The notes under the pieces: model-generated
Told to the model about the DNA's origin: nothing
Seen by the model: only the letters and a program-made list of their open reading frames with translations
Database searches by the model: none
Part shown: in pieces, positions 36,000 to 45,626 of the stretch
Position numbering within the stretch: the first letter of the stretch is position 1
Layout: every line of letters begins with the position of its first letter
Position numbers and translations under genes: made by a program
DNA from: Actinomycetota bacterium
Lineage (GTDB): Bacteria; Actinomycetota; Thermoleophilia; Gaiellales; Gaiellaceae
Length of the DNA: 64,000 nucleotides
Assembly (NCBI GenBank): GCA_038040395.1
Contig: JBBPIJ010000003.1
Coordinates: forward strand, 127,131 to 191,130
Direction: 5' to 3'

Positions 36000-36674
36000 A
36001 TGATCGAGCTGAGCGATCGGGAAGCCGGCGAGCTGCGCGAACGACTACGACGGGTCGGCTCAGCTCAACCGGCGGAGGAGACGATCGCCGTGTCGGCAAA
36101 TGCGAGCACCAGCGTTACCTTCACGCACGCGCAGAAGGTCGCCGTGATCGACGTCCTGGCGCAATGGATGAACGAGATGGGACAGGAGGAGATCGGTGAG
36201 GGCCCGTTCAAGCTGAGGGATGCGCTCACCGCCGACCTCGAGCGCGAGTGCCGAAGGGAATCTCGCCGAAGACCGCCTGCAGCTGTAAATAGCTCGTCGG
36301 CCGAACGGCGTCGAGCAGCAAACCCGTCGTCGAGCGCAGGGAATCGAGCCTTCCGCGTGCGTCCTCCGAGTCGCCGGTCCAGCAGACCGACAGGACGACG
36401 ACGCTGTCACCACTTGCGCGATCGTGGGCAAGAACGAGGAAAGCGCGTTGCCGACGATCGTCGCAGACCAGTCGCCGAGCAGGCGCGCACCGCGGGCGGC
36501 GAACCTCGCCGTTCGCGGCACCATCGAGATGGTTGTCGTTGTCGATCACGGCGGAGAGACGTGCATCTCGCCCGCGAGCACGTTGACCGGGATCACTCCG
36601 AGATGCAGCGGAGCGACGAGCAGATCCGCCAGCGGGTCACTCGCGACGCTTACGACGCGCAGACGCCCCGCTAG
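36000..36674 (+). CDS. Hypothetical ORF; only the first ~85 codons look protein-like
   Basis: MIELSDREAGELRERL...GPFKLRDALTADLERE is plausible. The Arg-rich remainder overlaps an antisense gene fragment and is probably not native coding sequence. Confidence 0.3.
   Translation: MIELSDREAGELRERLRRVGSAQPAEETIAVSANASTSVTFTHAQKVAVIDVLAQWMNEMGQEEIGEGPFKLRDALTADLERECRRESRRRPPAAVNSSSAERRRAANPSSSAGNRAFRVRPPSRRSSRPTGRRRCHHLRDRGQERGKRVADDRRRPVAEQARTAGGEPRRSRHHRDGCRCRSRRRDVHLAREHVDRDHSEMQRSDEQIRQRVTRDAYDAQTPR
36226..36549 (-). pseudogene. Fragment resembling the C-terminal part of an FAD-linked (BBE/GlcD-like) oxidase
   Basis: ..SVVVLSVCWTGDSEDARGRLDSLRSTTGLLLDAVRPTSYLQLQAVFGEIPFG fits the usual pattern (G..eeg...l.plr...p..d.v.p.~Y..lQ..fd...p.g). 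No FAD-binding N-terminal part is present. Confidence 0.3.
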
Positions 36675-37162
36675 GCCTTCTGCCTCAGCGCCTTGCCGGC
36701 CATCACGGCCCCGACGACGAAGATCACCGTCGCGAGGTAGATCAGGCCGAGGTGCCCGATGGTGTCGAACCCCCATGGATAGTGGGCTGGAAGCGCCACC
36801 GCGAGCGCGAGCACGGGCGTAGCGACCGCCCCGACCCACGCCCAGCCGTAGCCCCTGCGAACGCCGAACCAGGACAGGAAGATGACCGCAAGCCCTGCCG
36901 CGGCGATGAAGCCGGAGAGGGCGATCTGCAGGTGGCTGATGTAGTGGTACAGATCGTTGTCAAACGCTTTGATCTCGCTCTTGCCGCTCGCCACCTGGTC
37001 GGGTCCGATCCCGAGCTCGAGAAAATCGCCGCTGAAATTGCGGATGAAGAAGATGAGTCCGTAGCCGATGAACGCGACGCCCGCGATCGTCATCAGCCAG
37101 GTGCCCCAGCGCAGCTGACTCGACTCGCGCCGCTCGACCTCGGCCGTGGAGATGCTTGCCAT
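36671..37162 (-). CDS. Integral membrane protein (4 predicted helices), hypothetical
   Basis: It is 163 aa with four long hydrophobic segments. The ORF is clean, with a short gap to its neighbours. Confidence 0.65.
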   Translation of the reverse strand: MASISTAEVERRESSQLRWGTWLMTIAGVAFIGYGLIFFIRNFSGDFLELGIGPDQVASGKSEIKAFDNDLYHYISHLQIALSGFIAAAGLAVIFLSWFGVRRGYGWAWVGAVATPVLALAVALPAHYPWGFDTIGHLGLIYLATVIFVVGAVMAGKALRQKA

Positions 37163-37525
37163 TGGCTTACCTCCCGTGGTTTGCGGGGGACGCTAATCCG
37201 TCGCCCGTCATCGTTCAAGCCTAGATGACCGATGGCGGCCATCGGCGCCGCCGATAGCCTCGCGCGGAGGCGCACAGCCGCCTCCTCGCCGTCATCCGCG
37301 ACGGCGGTCGGCAGCCGCGCGACCGGGGCCCGGATCCTTCGCCCCCGCTCGCAGTCGTACGCGGACTGGCTCGACGAACGCGATGCCCGTCTCCGGCCCC
37401 GCCGGATCGCCGCGTACGGCTTGTGACCGAGAGCGGCAAGACGATCGCGCGCACCGCCGAGAGCAACGTTGAGCGCATGGCCGCCGCCCTCGAACCCCGC
37501 CACGGCCCGCATCGCGGCGCGGCGG

Positions 37526-37750
37526 GGGGAAACGACGGAAGGCCCGGCAAGCCGGGCCCTCCGTCAAATGCGGTGCGGTCGAGCTACGCGACCATGACGC
37601 GGTCGCTATGAGCGACGACCCGGCCGCTCGTAATCTTGGGCTCGTTCGGGCTCAGCGTCTCGAACTTCTCGTCGCGGATCCACGTAGAGACGGCGTTCGT
37701 CGACTCCTTGCCCTGCTCAGGCGTCTCGAAGAGACCGAGCGAGCTGAGCT
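37526..37750 (-). repeat. Inverted duplicate of 27316-27545 (3' third of gene 27167..27478 plus its terminator hairpin)
   Basis: The reverse complement aligns base for base with a few substitutions, for example ..ttcgagacgcctgagcagggcaaggagtcgacgaac.. and the hairpin ggcccggcttgccgggcc. Confidence 0.9.
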
Positions 37751-37865
37751 AGCTCTTCTGGCGAAGACGCTCGTCGTGGAGCCGTTTGACGGCGTCGCTC
37801 ATCGAGCGCACACGGCTCCTTGGCGACCTCGAACACGACGTCCACTCGGATGAGCCTATCCCCGC
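37749..37865 (-). repeat. Inverted, internally deleted duplicate of gene 31170..31484 (5' region + first ~16 codons fused to last ~15 codons)
   Basis: The reverse complement contains gataggctcaTccgagtggaCgtcgtgttcgaggtcgcc, matching 31156-31195. It also contains gacgccgtcaaacggctccacgacgagcgtcttcgccagaagagctag, matching 31437-31484. Confidence 0.85.
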
Positions 37866-38530
37866 CGAGAGAAAGAACGATTGTTGGGTAGGGCCGGGGC
37901 GGTGCCGCAAACCGTCCCAGCCCATATCTGTAATACGGTCCAGCCTGCTGTGACCCTTACAGGCTGCCCCCGGCGATGGGGGCCGCAAATTGCTCACGAC
38001 GTGTCGGCTCGCACCCTTGCTCGCAGGCCGCAACGCTGTCATCGTGCCTGCCTTCCGGTCGGCCCTCCTTGGGTCTCCCGGCAGTTGGGGCCCCCGCGCC
38101 TAGCCGCAGGAGCGCGGGGCCCCTTCGTTAGTAGAAGCCTCGACTCGCCGTTTGCGGTGCCGCACCGCCGGCTGGCGTCGAACCGTCGGGGTGCATACGC
38201 GCCGTGGTGAATCGTCGCTTCCACCCCGTGCGCAGACCTCGCGCGATGAGATGCAGCCGAAGCAGCACGAGGTCCTGAACGTCCGAACGAGCTGAGGCAC
38301 TCCGCAGGCCAAGGCGGTCTTGGGCGGAAGCTCAGCGGGCGGTCCGAAAGGAGGTAGGCGCGCGCGCCGTTTCCCTCGCAGCGTAGTTACAGCGTTCGCC
38401 TCGCGACCCCGGGATAAGCTCACCTCGACCCCGAGCGTGGAGGATCGCGTCAGAGCATCGTTGTCCGCTTCAACCCCGCAAACCTGACGACCGAGAAGTA
38501 CGACGAAAGTCGTCCTTTGGCATGAGAGCG

Positions 38531-38646
38531 ATGCCCCCGGCATGAATCGAACATGCGCACGCGGTTTAGGAACCAGCGTGCTGAAATGCTATTTGCAGGC
38601 AAAACGTCGGCCGTGAGCGGGGTGCGCGCCAGTCAACTCGCCAGTT
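38531..38646 (+). repeat. Copy C: 41-nt core + ~115-nt module
   Basis: The core lies at 38532-38572. The module is more diverged (..CCAGCGTGCTGAAATGCTATTTGCAGGCAAAAC..TGCGCGCCAGTCAACTCGCCAGT). It starts 231 nt upstream of the histidine kinase start codon. Confidence 0.95.
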
Positions 38647-38761
38647 GCAGGAAGCGTCGCTCTGACGCTTCGCGCCGCTGAAAGAAGGAAGGCCCGCCCA
38701 TTTACACAATGGGGTTCCTGAGCCTAGAATCGCTGGCTCAGTCCTCAGTCATCGCCCTTTC

Positions 38762-41485
38762 ATGTCCAGTAAACGCTTCGCGGCCCAGCCCTGGCTCATA
38801 GCCGTCGTCTTCGCAGCGGTGGCGGCCGTCGTCGTTCTTCCTTTCATGGCGTCGCCGTTCGCGCCTCCGGAACTCTTGACGGCGCTGGCCCTGCTCATCG
38901 CCGGTCTCGCCGGTTTCCTCGGCGGCCCGCTGCCGGGCCTTGTCGTGGTACTCGCAGGTCTCGGGTCGGTTGCGCTAGTCGTCGACCGTCCGGCGCGCGT
39001 CGCGCTCGCGCTTCCGGTGGGCGTGGCGCTGGCCGTCGCCGCCGGGGTCATAGGCCTTCGTCACCGGCGGCGGGAGAACGAGCGCGCCCTCGCGCTGAAG
39101 GAACTGGCAGCGATTCGCGACACCGCTACAGAGGCAATAGTAGACCTCGATCGGGAGGGCGCGATCACGAGCTGGAGCCGAGGCGCTGAGAAGATATATG
39201 GCTATGCCGCTGACGAGATCGAGGGACGTCCATTGAGCATTCTCGCCGCCGAGGAACGCGTCACTGAGATCGATGAGCTGCTTGGCCAGGTTCGCGACGG
39301 CAGCACGGTGCGCCGGGAAACGGTGCAGCGACGAGCCGATGGAGAGACGTTCTCGGCCTCACTGACCGTCGCGCCCGTCGGTAACGGCACCCAAGAGGCC
39401 GCAGGCGCCGTCGCCGTCGCGGTCGACGTGAGCGAGCGCGTGCAGGCGCAGAGCGAGGCGAAGGAGGCCAGTTCGCGATACGAGACGCTTGTGACGCGGC
39501 TTCCGCTCGTGACGTACCTCCACGCCGCCCGTGACCGCTCCTCCCCGATCTACGTGAGCCCGCAAATCGAGGCTCTGCTCGGGTATACGCCCGACGAGTG
39601 GCTCGCGCAAGGTGACCTTCCGTCGCGCCTGATCCACGGCGACGACCGCGACCGCGTCAGCCAGGAAGCGGCAAAGAGCGCCCGCGCTGACGCGCCATTC
39701 CATTCCGAGTACCGCATGCTCGCCCGCGACGGTCACGTTGTCTGGGTCCGCGACGAGGCGACAACCGTCCGTGACGACGCGGGCGACCCCGCCTACATCC
39801 AGGGCTACCTCCTAGACATCAGTAAGCAGAAGCTCGGCGAGGAGGACCGTGAGCGCCTGCAAGAAGCCGAGCGTGACGCACTCACCCGCGCCGCCGAACG
39901 GGATGAACGGCTCAACTTCCTCGCCCGAGGGACGGACACCCTCGCAGCCTCGCAGGACTACGAGCACGCGCTCCGAGAGATCGCCGAGCTCGCCGTTCGG
40001 CGTTTCGCCGACTGGTGCATCTTCGACATCGGGGACGAGGCGGGGGCGTTGTCACGCCGAGTGGTTGCCCACGCCGAGCCGATTCCCGCTGCGCGTGCAG
40101 CGGAGCGGGCGCCCGAGGAGGAGCCGGATCAAGTCGCAAAGCGAGTAGTCGCCCGGCAGCGGGCGGAGATCGTTCCCGCGCCCGGCTCCGCACCGACGAC
40201 GATCCCGTCTGTGAGTGGTATGGAGGCCGAGTCGTACATGTGCCTCCCTCTGCTCGTGCGAGAACGGGTCGTCGGGGCGGTGACGATGATCTCTACGACG
40301 GCAGGCCGCAGGTTCGCGGCCGACGATCTCGCGCTCGTCCGCGATGTGGCGCGCCGAGTCGCGCTCGCGATCGACAATGCCCGGCTCTACGCAGAGGTCG
40401 AGGAGCGCGCCGTAGCGGCGCGTGTGCTGACGTACGTTGCGAACGGTGTCTTCCTTCTCGACCGCGCTGGCGAGATTCAGCTCTGGAACCCGGCCGCCGA
40501 GGCGATGACGGGTCTGCCCGCGAGCTCCGCGATCCATCGGCCCGCAGCGGACGTCCTCCCTGGCTGGCACGAGATCGCCGAGCGAATCCCGATCCAGAGC
40601 TCATCCGATCCAAGGCACGAGGAAACGGTCCCCTTCGAGACGCCGAAGGGAGAGCGCTGGTTTTCGATCGTTGGCGTCAACTTCTTCGGCGGCACCGTCT
40701 ACGCGTTCCGAGACGTCACGGAGGCGCGCCGCCTCGATGAGCTCAAGGCTGAGTTCGTAGCGACGGCCTCGCACGAGCTTCGGACTCCGCTCGCGGCCGT
40801 CTACGGAGCGGCGCAGACGTTGCGCCGTCACGATTTTGCGCTCGACGAAGCAGGACGCGCCCGCTTCATCTCACTCATCGCAGACGAATCCGAGCGGCTG
40901 AGCAGGATCGTCAACGAGATCCTGCTCGCGAGCCAGCTCGACGCCGGGCGCCTCGATCTCGCGAGCGAGCCGTTTGACTCGGCCGAGCTTGTCGAGCGAG
41001 TCACCGAGGCGGCGCGAGCGCACCTGCCGGGGAGTGTCACGTTGGACGTCACTCTTCCGGAGCCCGCGCCTTCCGTAGCCGCCGACCGCGACAAGGTGCG
41101 TCAAGTCCTCGTCAATCTCGTCGACAACGCGATCAAGTACTCACCCGACGGCGGGCGCGTCGAAGTGGGGATCGACCAGGCGGAGAGCGCTGTCCGCTTC
41201 TACGTCACCGACGAGGGGCTGGGGATCCCCGAGCTCGAGCAAGAGCGGATCTTCGACAAGTTCTACCGCCTCGATCCCGAGATGACCCGGGGGGTCGGCG
41301 GCACAGGTCTCGGCCTGTACATCTGCAGTGAGCTGGTGCGCCGCATGGACGGCCGGATCTGGGTGGAGTCGCAGCACGGTCGCGGCTCGACGTTCTCGTT
41401 CGAGCTCCCGGTTGCGGAGATGTCCCTCCCGCCGGTGACGGCCCCGGAATCGCACAAGGCCACCGCCGCGTCCCCGGGGCTCTGA
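38762..41485 (+). CDS. Membrane-anchored multi-PAS / GAF sensor histidine kinase
   Basis: It has N-terminal hydrophobic helices and PAS-like segments (..WSRGAEKIYGY.., ..HSEYRMLARDGHVVWV.., ..LWNPAAEAMTG..), with a GAF-like middle. The kinase core has H-box ASHELRTPLAAV, N-box LVNLVDNAIKYSP, G1 DEGLGIP and G2 GGTGLGLYI. No adjacent response regulator is present. Confidence 0.85.
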   Translation: MSSKRFAAQPWLIAVVFAAVAAVVVLPFMASPFAPPELLTALALLIAGLAGFLGGPLPGLVVVLAGLGSVALVVDRPARVALALPVGVALAVAAGVIGLRHRRRENERALALKELAAIRDTATEAIVDLDREGAITSWSRGAEKIYGYAADEIEGRPLSILAAEERVTEIDELLGQVRDGSTVRRETVQRRADGETFSASLTVAPVGNGTQEAAGAVAVAVDVSERVQAQSEAKEASSRYETLVTRLPLVTYLHAARDRSSPIYVSPQIEALLGYTPDEWLAQGDLPSRLIHGDDRDRVSQEAAKSARADAPFHSEYRMLARDGHVVWVRDEATTVRDDAGDPAYIQGYLLDISKQKLGEEDRERLQEAERDALTRAAERDERLNFLARGTDTLAASQDYEHALREIAELAVRRFADWCIFDIGDEAGALSRRVVAHAEPIPAARAAERAPEEEPDQVAKRVVARQRAEIVPAPGSAPTTIPSVSGMEAESYMCLPLLVRERVVGAVTMISTTAGRRFAADDLALVRDVARRVALAIDNARLYAEVEERAVAARVLTYVANGVFLLDRAGEIQLWNPAAEAMTGLPASSAIHRPAADVLPGWHEIAERIPIQSSSDPRHEETVPFETPKGERWFSIVGVNFFGGTVYAFRDVTEARRLDELKAEFVATASHELRTPLAAVYGAAQTLRRHDFALDEAGRARFISLIADESERLSRIVNEILLASQLDAGRLDLASEPFDSAELVERVTEAARAHLPGSVTLDVTLPEPAPSVAADRDKVRQVLVNLVDNAIKYSPDGGRVEVGIDQAESAVRFYVTDEGLGIPELEQERIFDKFYRLDPEMTRGVGGTGLGLYICSELVRRMDGRIWVESQHGRGSTFSFELPVAEMSLPPVTAPESHKATAASPGL

Positions 41486-41507
41486 GGACTCGCCTTAGAG
41501 ATCGGGA

Positions 41508-41622
41508 ATGCCCCCGGCATGAATCGAACATGCGCACGCGGTTTAGGAACTAGCGTGCGAAAGCTCCATTTGCGGGGGAAAGTGCGGCCATTTCGGTCGT
41601 GCGCGCCAGTGATTGCGCCAAT
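41508..41622 (+). repeat. Copy D: 41-nt core + ~115-nt module
   Basis: The core lies at 41509-41549, starting 23 nt after the kinase stop codon and 236 nt upstream of the SDR gene. Confidence 0.95.
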
Positions 41623-41743
41623 CGAATCGACCACTGCCAAGCCGGAGTACCGCTTGACGGGGCCGTAGGTGACGCGAAGATGCGGGCGGACGGCTAGTTC
41701 ATAGGCGCTCGCGGCCGGCCGAGGTGCGGTACGTTCCGAGGCG

Positions 41744-42484
41744 ATGGCCGACATGGCCGGACAAGTAGCGCTCGTGACGGGCGGTGTGCGAGGTATCGGC
41801 CTCGCTATCTGCGAGCGGCTGATCGAGAGAGGCGTGCTCGTGACAGCGGGCTACTCGCGCAACGAGCAGGCGGCGAACGAGTTCCTGGAGGCGCACGAGA
41901 GTCGGGGGGCCGGCGTCGCGCAGGGGAACATCGCCCACCCTCCGGACTGCGAGCGGGTGATCAAAGAGATGGTCGACAAGCACGGCCGGCTCGACATCGT
42001 CGTCAACAACGCCGGGATCACCCTCGATCGCACCGTGCGCAAGATGGCGCCAGAGGAGTGGGCGCACGTAATCAACGTGAACCTGAACGGCGCCTTCTAC
42101 ATGTCGAGCGCGGCGCTGGAACAGATGATCGACCAGGGCTACGGGCGCATCATCAACATCAGCTCCGTGATCGGCGAGATGGGCAACATCGGGCAGGCGA
42201 ACTACGCGGCCGCGAAGTCGGGCCTCTTCGGGCTGACGATGAGCCTCGCGCTCGAGAGCGCGAACAAGGGGATCACGGTCAACTGCGTCGCTCCGGGGTT
42301 CGTCGCCACCGAGATGGTCGCGGCCTTACCCGAGAACGTCCTCGAGAAGGTGATCGCGCAGATCCCGGCCCGCCGGCTAGGCGAGCCGGACGAGGTCGCC
42401 CGTGTGGTCGAGTTCCTCGCCGATCCCGACTCCAGCTACATTACCGGCGCGGTGTTTTCGATCAACGGCGGCCTGAACATGTGA
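41744..42484 (+). CDS. phaB: Acetoacetyl-CoA reductase-type SDR (PhaB/FabG family)
   Basis: It has TGGVRGIG, NNAG and S...YAAAK. It sits directly upstream of MaoC dehydratase and PHA synthase genes. Confidence 0.7.
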   Translation: MADMAGQVALVTGGVRGIGLAICERLIERGVLVTAGYSRNEQAANEFLEAHESRGAGVAQGNIAHPPDCERVIKEMVDKHGRLDIVVNNAGITLDRTVRKMAPEEWAHVINVNLNGAFYMSSAALEQMIDQGYGRIINISSVIGEMGNIGQANYAAAKSGLFGLTMSLALESANKGITVNCVAPGFVATEMVAALPENVLEKVIAQIPARRLGEPDEVARVVEFLADPDSSYITGAVFSINGGLNM

Positions 42485-42544
42485 GAGTGCCGCCGCGGAG
42501 AGATCGGCTTCCTCCGCCAAATAAACCCGCCCTCACAAATTTTC

Positions 42545-43036
42545 ATGTCTTCAGACCCCGCCCGCCTTTCGATGCCTGCGCCCGCGACGCGGACGACGAT
42601 CGCCGGCCTTTCGAGGCTCGTGGGATCGCACCTCGGGTACACGCGTTGGCGCCTAATCACGCAGGAACAGGTCAACCGCTTCGCTGAGGCGACCTGGGAC
42701 GACCAGTGGATCCACGTCGACGTCGAACGCGCCAGGTCGGGCCCCTTCGGCGGCACGATCGTCCACGGCTTCCTGACGCTCTCGCTTGCCCCGGCCCTCC
42801 TCGACGAGCTGCTGCAGGTCGAGGACGCCTCTCGCACGATCAACTACGGCCTCAACAGGGTTCGTTTCCCCGCGCCCGCGCCGGTCGGCTCTCGCGTACG
42901 CCTCGGGGTCGAGCTGAGCTCGCTCGAGCAGGTAGCCGGCGGCGTCCAGGCCGTGCTCGCGCTTACTTTCGAGTCCGAGGGCAGCGCCAAGCCCTGCTGC
43001 GTCGGTGAGCTCCTGCTGCGTTTCGTCTGCGACTGA
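42545..43036 (+). CDS. phaJ: MaoC-like (R)-specific enoyl-CoA hydratase
   Basis: It has a hot-dog fold pattern: FAEATWDDQWIHVD...GGTIVHGFLTLSL. Confidence 0.7.
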   Translation: MSSDPARLSMPAPATRTTIAGLSRLVGSHLGYTRWRLITQEQVNRFAEATWDDQWIHVDVERARSGPFGGTIVHGFLTLSLAPALLDELLQVEDASRTINYGLNRVRFPAPAPVGSRVRLGVELSSLEQVAGGVQAVLALTFESEGSAKPCCVGELLLRFVCD

Positions 43037-43066
43037 GTCCCCCGCCGCTCGTGTACAACTGACGGG

Positions 43067-44794
43067 ATGACGACCGTCACTGACGATCCCGAGGCCCGCG
43101 CCGGCGCCGCTGAGGCGGCAGAGGCGCTCGAGCCCGAGGCAGGGCTCCTCGGATCGGCCGATCCGCTCTCGCTGGGGCGCGCTCTTGCGCAGGTCGGCGC
43201 CGGTGTCGTCAGCCATCCTCTCGAAGCCGGGCTCGCCGGGCTGCGCTATCTGAGCGACCTGGCCGCCGCCGGATCCGTCACGTTCGCACGGGCACTCGGC
43301 GCCGACTGCGAGGGCCCGTTCTCTCCCGCTCCCAAAGACGGCCGCTTCGCCGACCCCGCCTGGCAGGGCAACCCCGCCTACTACGGCCTGCTCCAGGGCT
43401 ACCTCGCCTGGTCGCGCTACGCGAACGATCTCGTGGCCGTCGCCGGGCTCGACGAACGCGAGACGCGCAAGGCGGCGTTCGCGATGCAGATGATCGTCGA
43501 CGCTCTCGCCCCGACCAACTTCCTCGGGGGTAACCCGGCCGCGCTCAAGAGGGCGTTCGACACGGGCGGAGCGAGCCTCGCGGACGGGATGCGCAACTTC
43601 CTCGAGGACGTGCGCTCGAACGGTGGCTTCCCGCAGCAGGTCGACCTCGCGCCGTTCAAGGTCGGAGAGAACCTTGCGGCGACGCCAGGCAAGGTCGTGT
43701 TCCAGAACGACCTGATGGAGCTGATCCAGTACGAGCCGCAGACCGAGACCGTCTTCGAGACGCCGCTGCTTCTGAGCCCGCCCTGGATCAACAAGTACTA
43801 CATCATGGATTTGGCGCCGGGGCGGAGCTTCGCTGAATGGGCGATCACGCACGGGCACACCGTCTTCGCAATCAGCTACCGCAACCCGGATGCGACGCAG
43901 CGGGACGTCTCGCTCGACGACTACCTACTCCAAGGACCGCGCATCGCCCTCGACGTGGTCGGCGACGTCACCGGCGCATCGCAGGCGAACGTCGTCGGTC
44001 TCTGCCTCGGGGGGACGCTGACCGCGATGCTGCTGGCCTACCTGGCCGAGGAGGGCGACAACCGCGTCCGCTCGGCCACGCTGCTGAACACGCTCGTCGA
44101 CTTCGGCGAGCCGGGTCAGCTCGGCGTGTTCCTCGATCCCGAGTCGATTGCTCGGCTCGAGCGGCGGATGGCGAGCCGGGGCTACCTTGAGGCAACCGAG
44201 ATGGCGCGCACCTTCGACCTTCTCCGAGCGAACGACCTGATCTGGAACTACGCCGCCAGCAACTGGTTGATGGGCGAGCAGCCGCCTGCATTCGACATCC
44301 TCGCCTGGAACTCCGACAGCACTCGGCTGCCCGCGGCGATGCACTCCTTCTATCTCCGTTCGTGCTACCTGGAAAACGAGCTCGCGCGGGGCGAGTTGGA
44401 GCTCGCCGGTACCCGGCTGCGGCTCGAGGACGTGACCGCGGACACCTACGTGCTCGCGGCGAAGGAAGACCACATCGCCCCCTGGGGCTCGAGCTACCGG
44501 ACGACGCAGCTGCTGCGCGGAAGCGAGGCACGCTTCGTGCTCAGCTCCTCGGGCCACATCGCGGGGATCGTCAATCCGCCGAATCCGAAGTCGCGCCACT
44601 GGACGCTCGACGAGCTCCCGCCGGATCCGGACGAGTGGGTCGCGAGCGCCTCGGAGCACGAGGGCTCGTGGTGGGAGGACTGGGCCGCGTGGATCGAGAT
44701 TCGGGCCGGAGAGCGAGGCGCGCCTCCGCCGCTCGGGAGCGAGTCGTATCCAGTGGTCGCCGACGCTCCGGGCAGCTACGTGCACGATAAGTGA
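43067..44794 (+). CDS. phaC: Class I poly(3-hydroxyalkanoate) synthase
   Basis: It is 575 aa with DPAWQGNPAYY, PWINKYYIMDL, lipase-box variant GLCLGGT, WNSDSTRLP and the C-terminal GSYV. Confidence 0.85.
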   Translation: MTTVTDDPEARAGAAEAAEALEPEAGLLGSADPLSLGRALAQVGAGVVSHPLEAGLAGLRYLSDLAAAGSVTFARALGADCEGPFSPAPKDGRFADPAWQGNPAYYGLLQGYLAWSRYANDLVAVAGLDERETRKAAFAMQMIVDALAPTNFLGGNPAALKRAFDTGGASLADGMRNFLEDVRSNGGFPQQVDLAPFKVGENLAATPGKVVFQNDLMELIQYEPQTETVFETPLLLSPPWINKYYIMDLAPGRSFAEWAITHGHTVFAISYRNPDATQRDVSLDDYLLQGPRIALDVVGDVTGASQANVVGLCLGGTLTAMLLAYLAEEGDNRVRSATLLNTLVDFGEPGQLGVFLDPESIARLERRMASRGYLEATEMARTFDLLRANDLIWNYAASNWLMGEQPPAFDILAWNSDSTRLPAAMHSFYLRSCYLENELARGELELAGTRLRLEDVTADTYVLAAKEDHIAPWGSSYRTTQLLRGSEARFVLSSSGHIAGIVNPPNPKSRHWTLDELPPDPDEWVASASEHEGSWWEDWAAWIEIRAGERGAPPPLGSESYPVVADAPGSYVHDK

Positions 44795-44858
44795 AGAGCG
44801 AGCGAAGTTAGCGCTTGCGTGCTATAGTTAACGGAACACCGAACTAGGAGGAACCGTT

Positions 44859-45179
44859 ATGCCTACCACCACAGATAAGGCTATTCAGACGACGCAGGAG
44901 CATGTGCTGAACGCCATGCGCCAGAGCCAGGAGGCGATCGTCAAGGCCGTCACCGTCTGGAGCGAGGCCGTCGCCAAGGCCGTGCCGGAGCTGCCTGCAA
45001 CACCCCTTGCCAAGGAGCTGCCGACACCCGAGGAGCTCATCGAGTCGAGCTTCCAGTTCACCGAGCGGCTAATTGCCGCGCAGCACGAGTTCGCAAAGAA
45101 CGTGCTCGCCGCCGCCGCGCCGGTCATGAAGAAGACCTCAGCCGGCAACGGCTCAGAGAGCGCTTCGAAGGCTTCGTAA
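44859..45179 (+). CDS. Phasin-like small helical protein (context-based)
   Basis: It is a 106-aa Ala/Glu/Lys-rich helical protein directly after phaC, with a good RBS (AGGAGGAAC). Confidence 0.45.
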   Translation: MPTTTDKAIQTTQEHVLNAMRQSQEAIVKAVTVWSEAVAKAVPELPATPLAKELPTPEELIESSFQFTERLIAAQHEFAKNVLAAAAPVMKKTSAGNGSESASKAS

Positions 45180-45230
45180 CTTCGCCGAGCCGGCGCCCGC
45201 ATCGGCGGGCGCTGGCTCCCGGACCGATCA

Positions 45231-45608
45231 ATGGTCGAAGACGCGTGGAAGGCGCAGATTGAGGCTCTCGGGGGCTTCATCCACACTCAGCGCAAGCTGG
45301 CGCAACTCTCGCTGCGCGAGCTCGCTGGGCTGACGAACCTCTCGAACGCCTACCTGAGCCAGGTCGAGCGTGGACTCCACGAGCCGTCCGTCCGCGTGCT
45401 CAAGTCGATCGCCACCGCACTCGACCTCTCCGCGGAGACGCTACTCGAGCACGCAGGCCTCCTCGGTGAGGAGCGATCGACCGAGCCGGCTGGGGGTCCG
45501 ACCGCCACGGAGGCTGCGATCCGGGCCGACCGAACGCTCTCCGAGGGCCAGAAGGAGGCGTTGCTCGCTGTCTTCAGGAGCTATTCCCGGCCGCCCGTCG
45601 AGACCTGA
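45231..45608 (+). CDS. XRE-family helix-turn-helix transcriptional regulator
   Basis: LSLRELAGLTNLSNAYLSQVERGLHEPSVRVLKSIATAL is a classic Cro/C1 HTH. Confidence 0.8.
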   Translation: MVEDAWKAQIEALGGFIHTQRKLAQLSLRELAGLTNLSNAYLSQVERGLHEPSVRVLKSIATALDLSAETLLEHAGLLGEERSTEPAGGPTATEAAIRADRTLSEGQKEALLAVFRSYSRPPVET

Positions 45609-45626
45609 CCGCCAGCGGCCAGTCGT

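Noticed and set aside
38451-38525. A short frame, QSIVVRFNPANLTTEKYDESRPLA*, ends 5 nt before core C. I considered it a possible truncated ABM-like gene cut by the repeat.
   Set aside because: It is only ~24 codons with no start codon. The resemblance to the ABM-like N-termini (..HRFPGGTKDQYE..) is too weak to call without a profile search.
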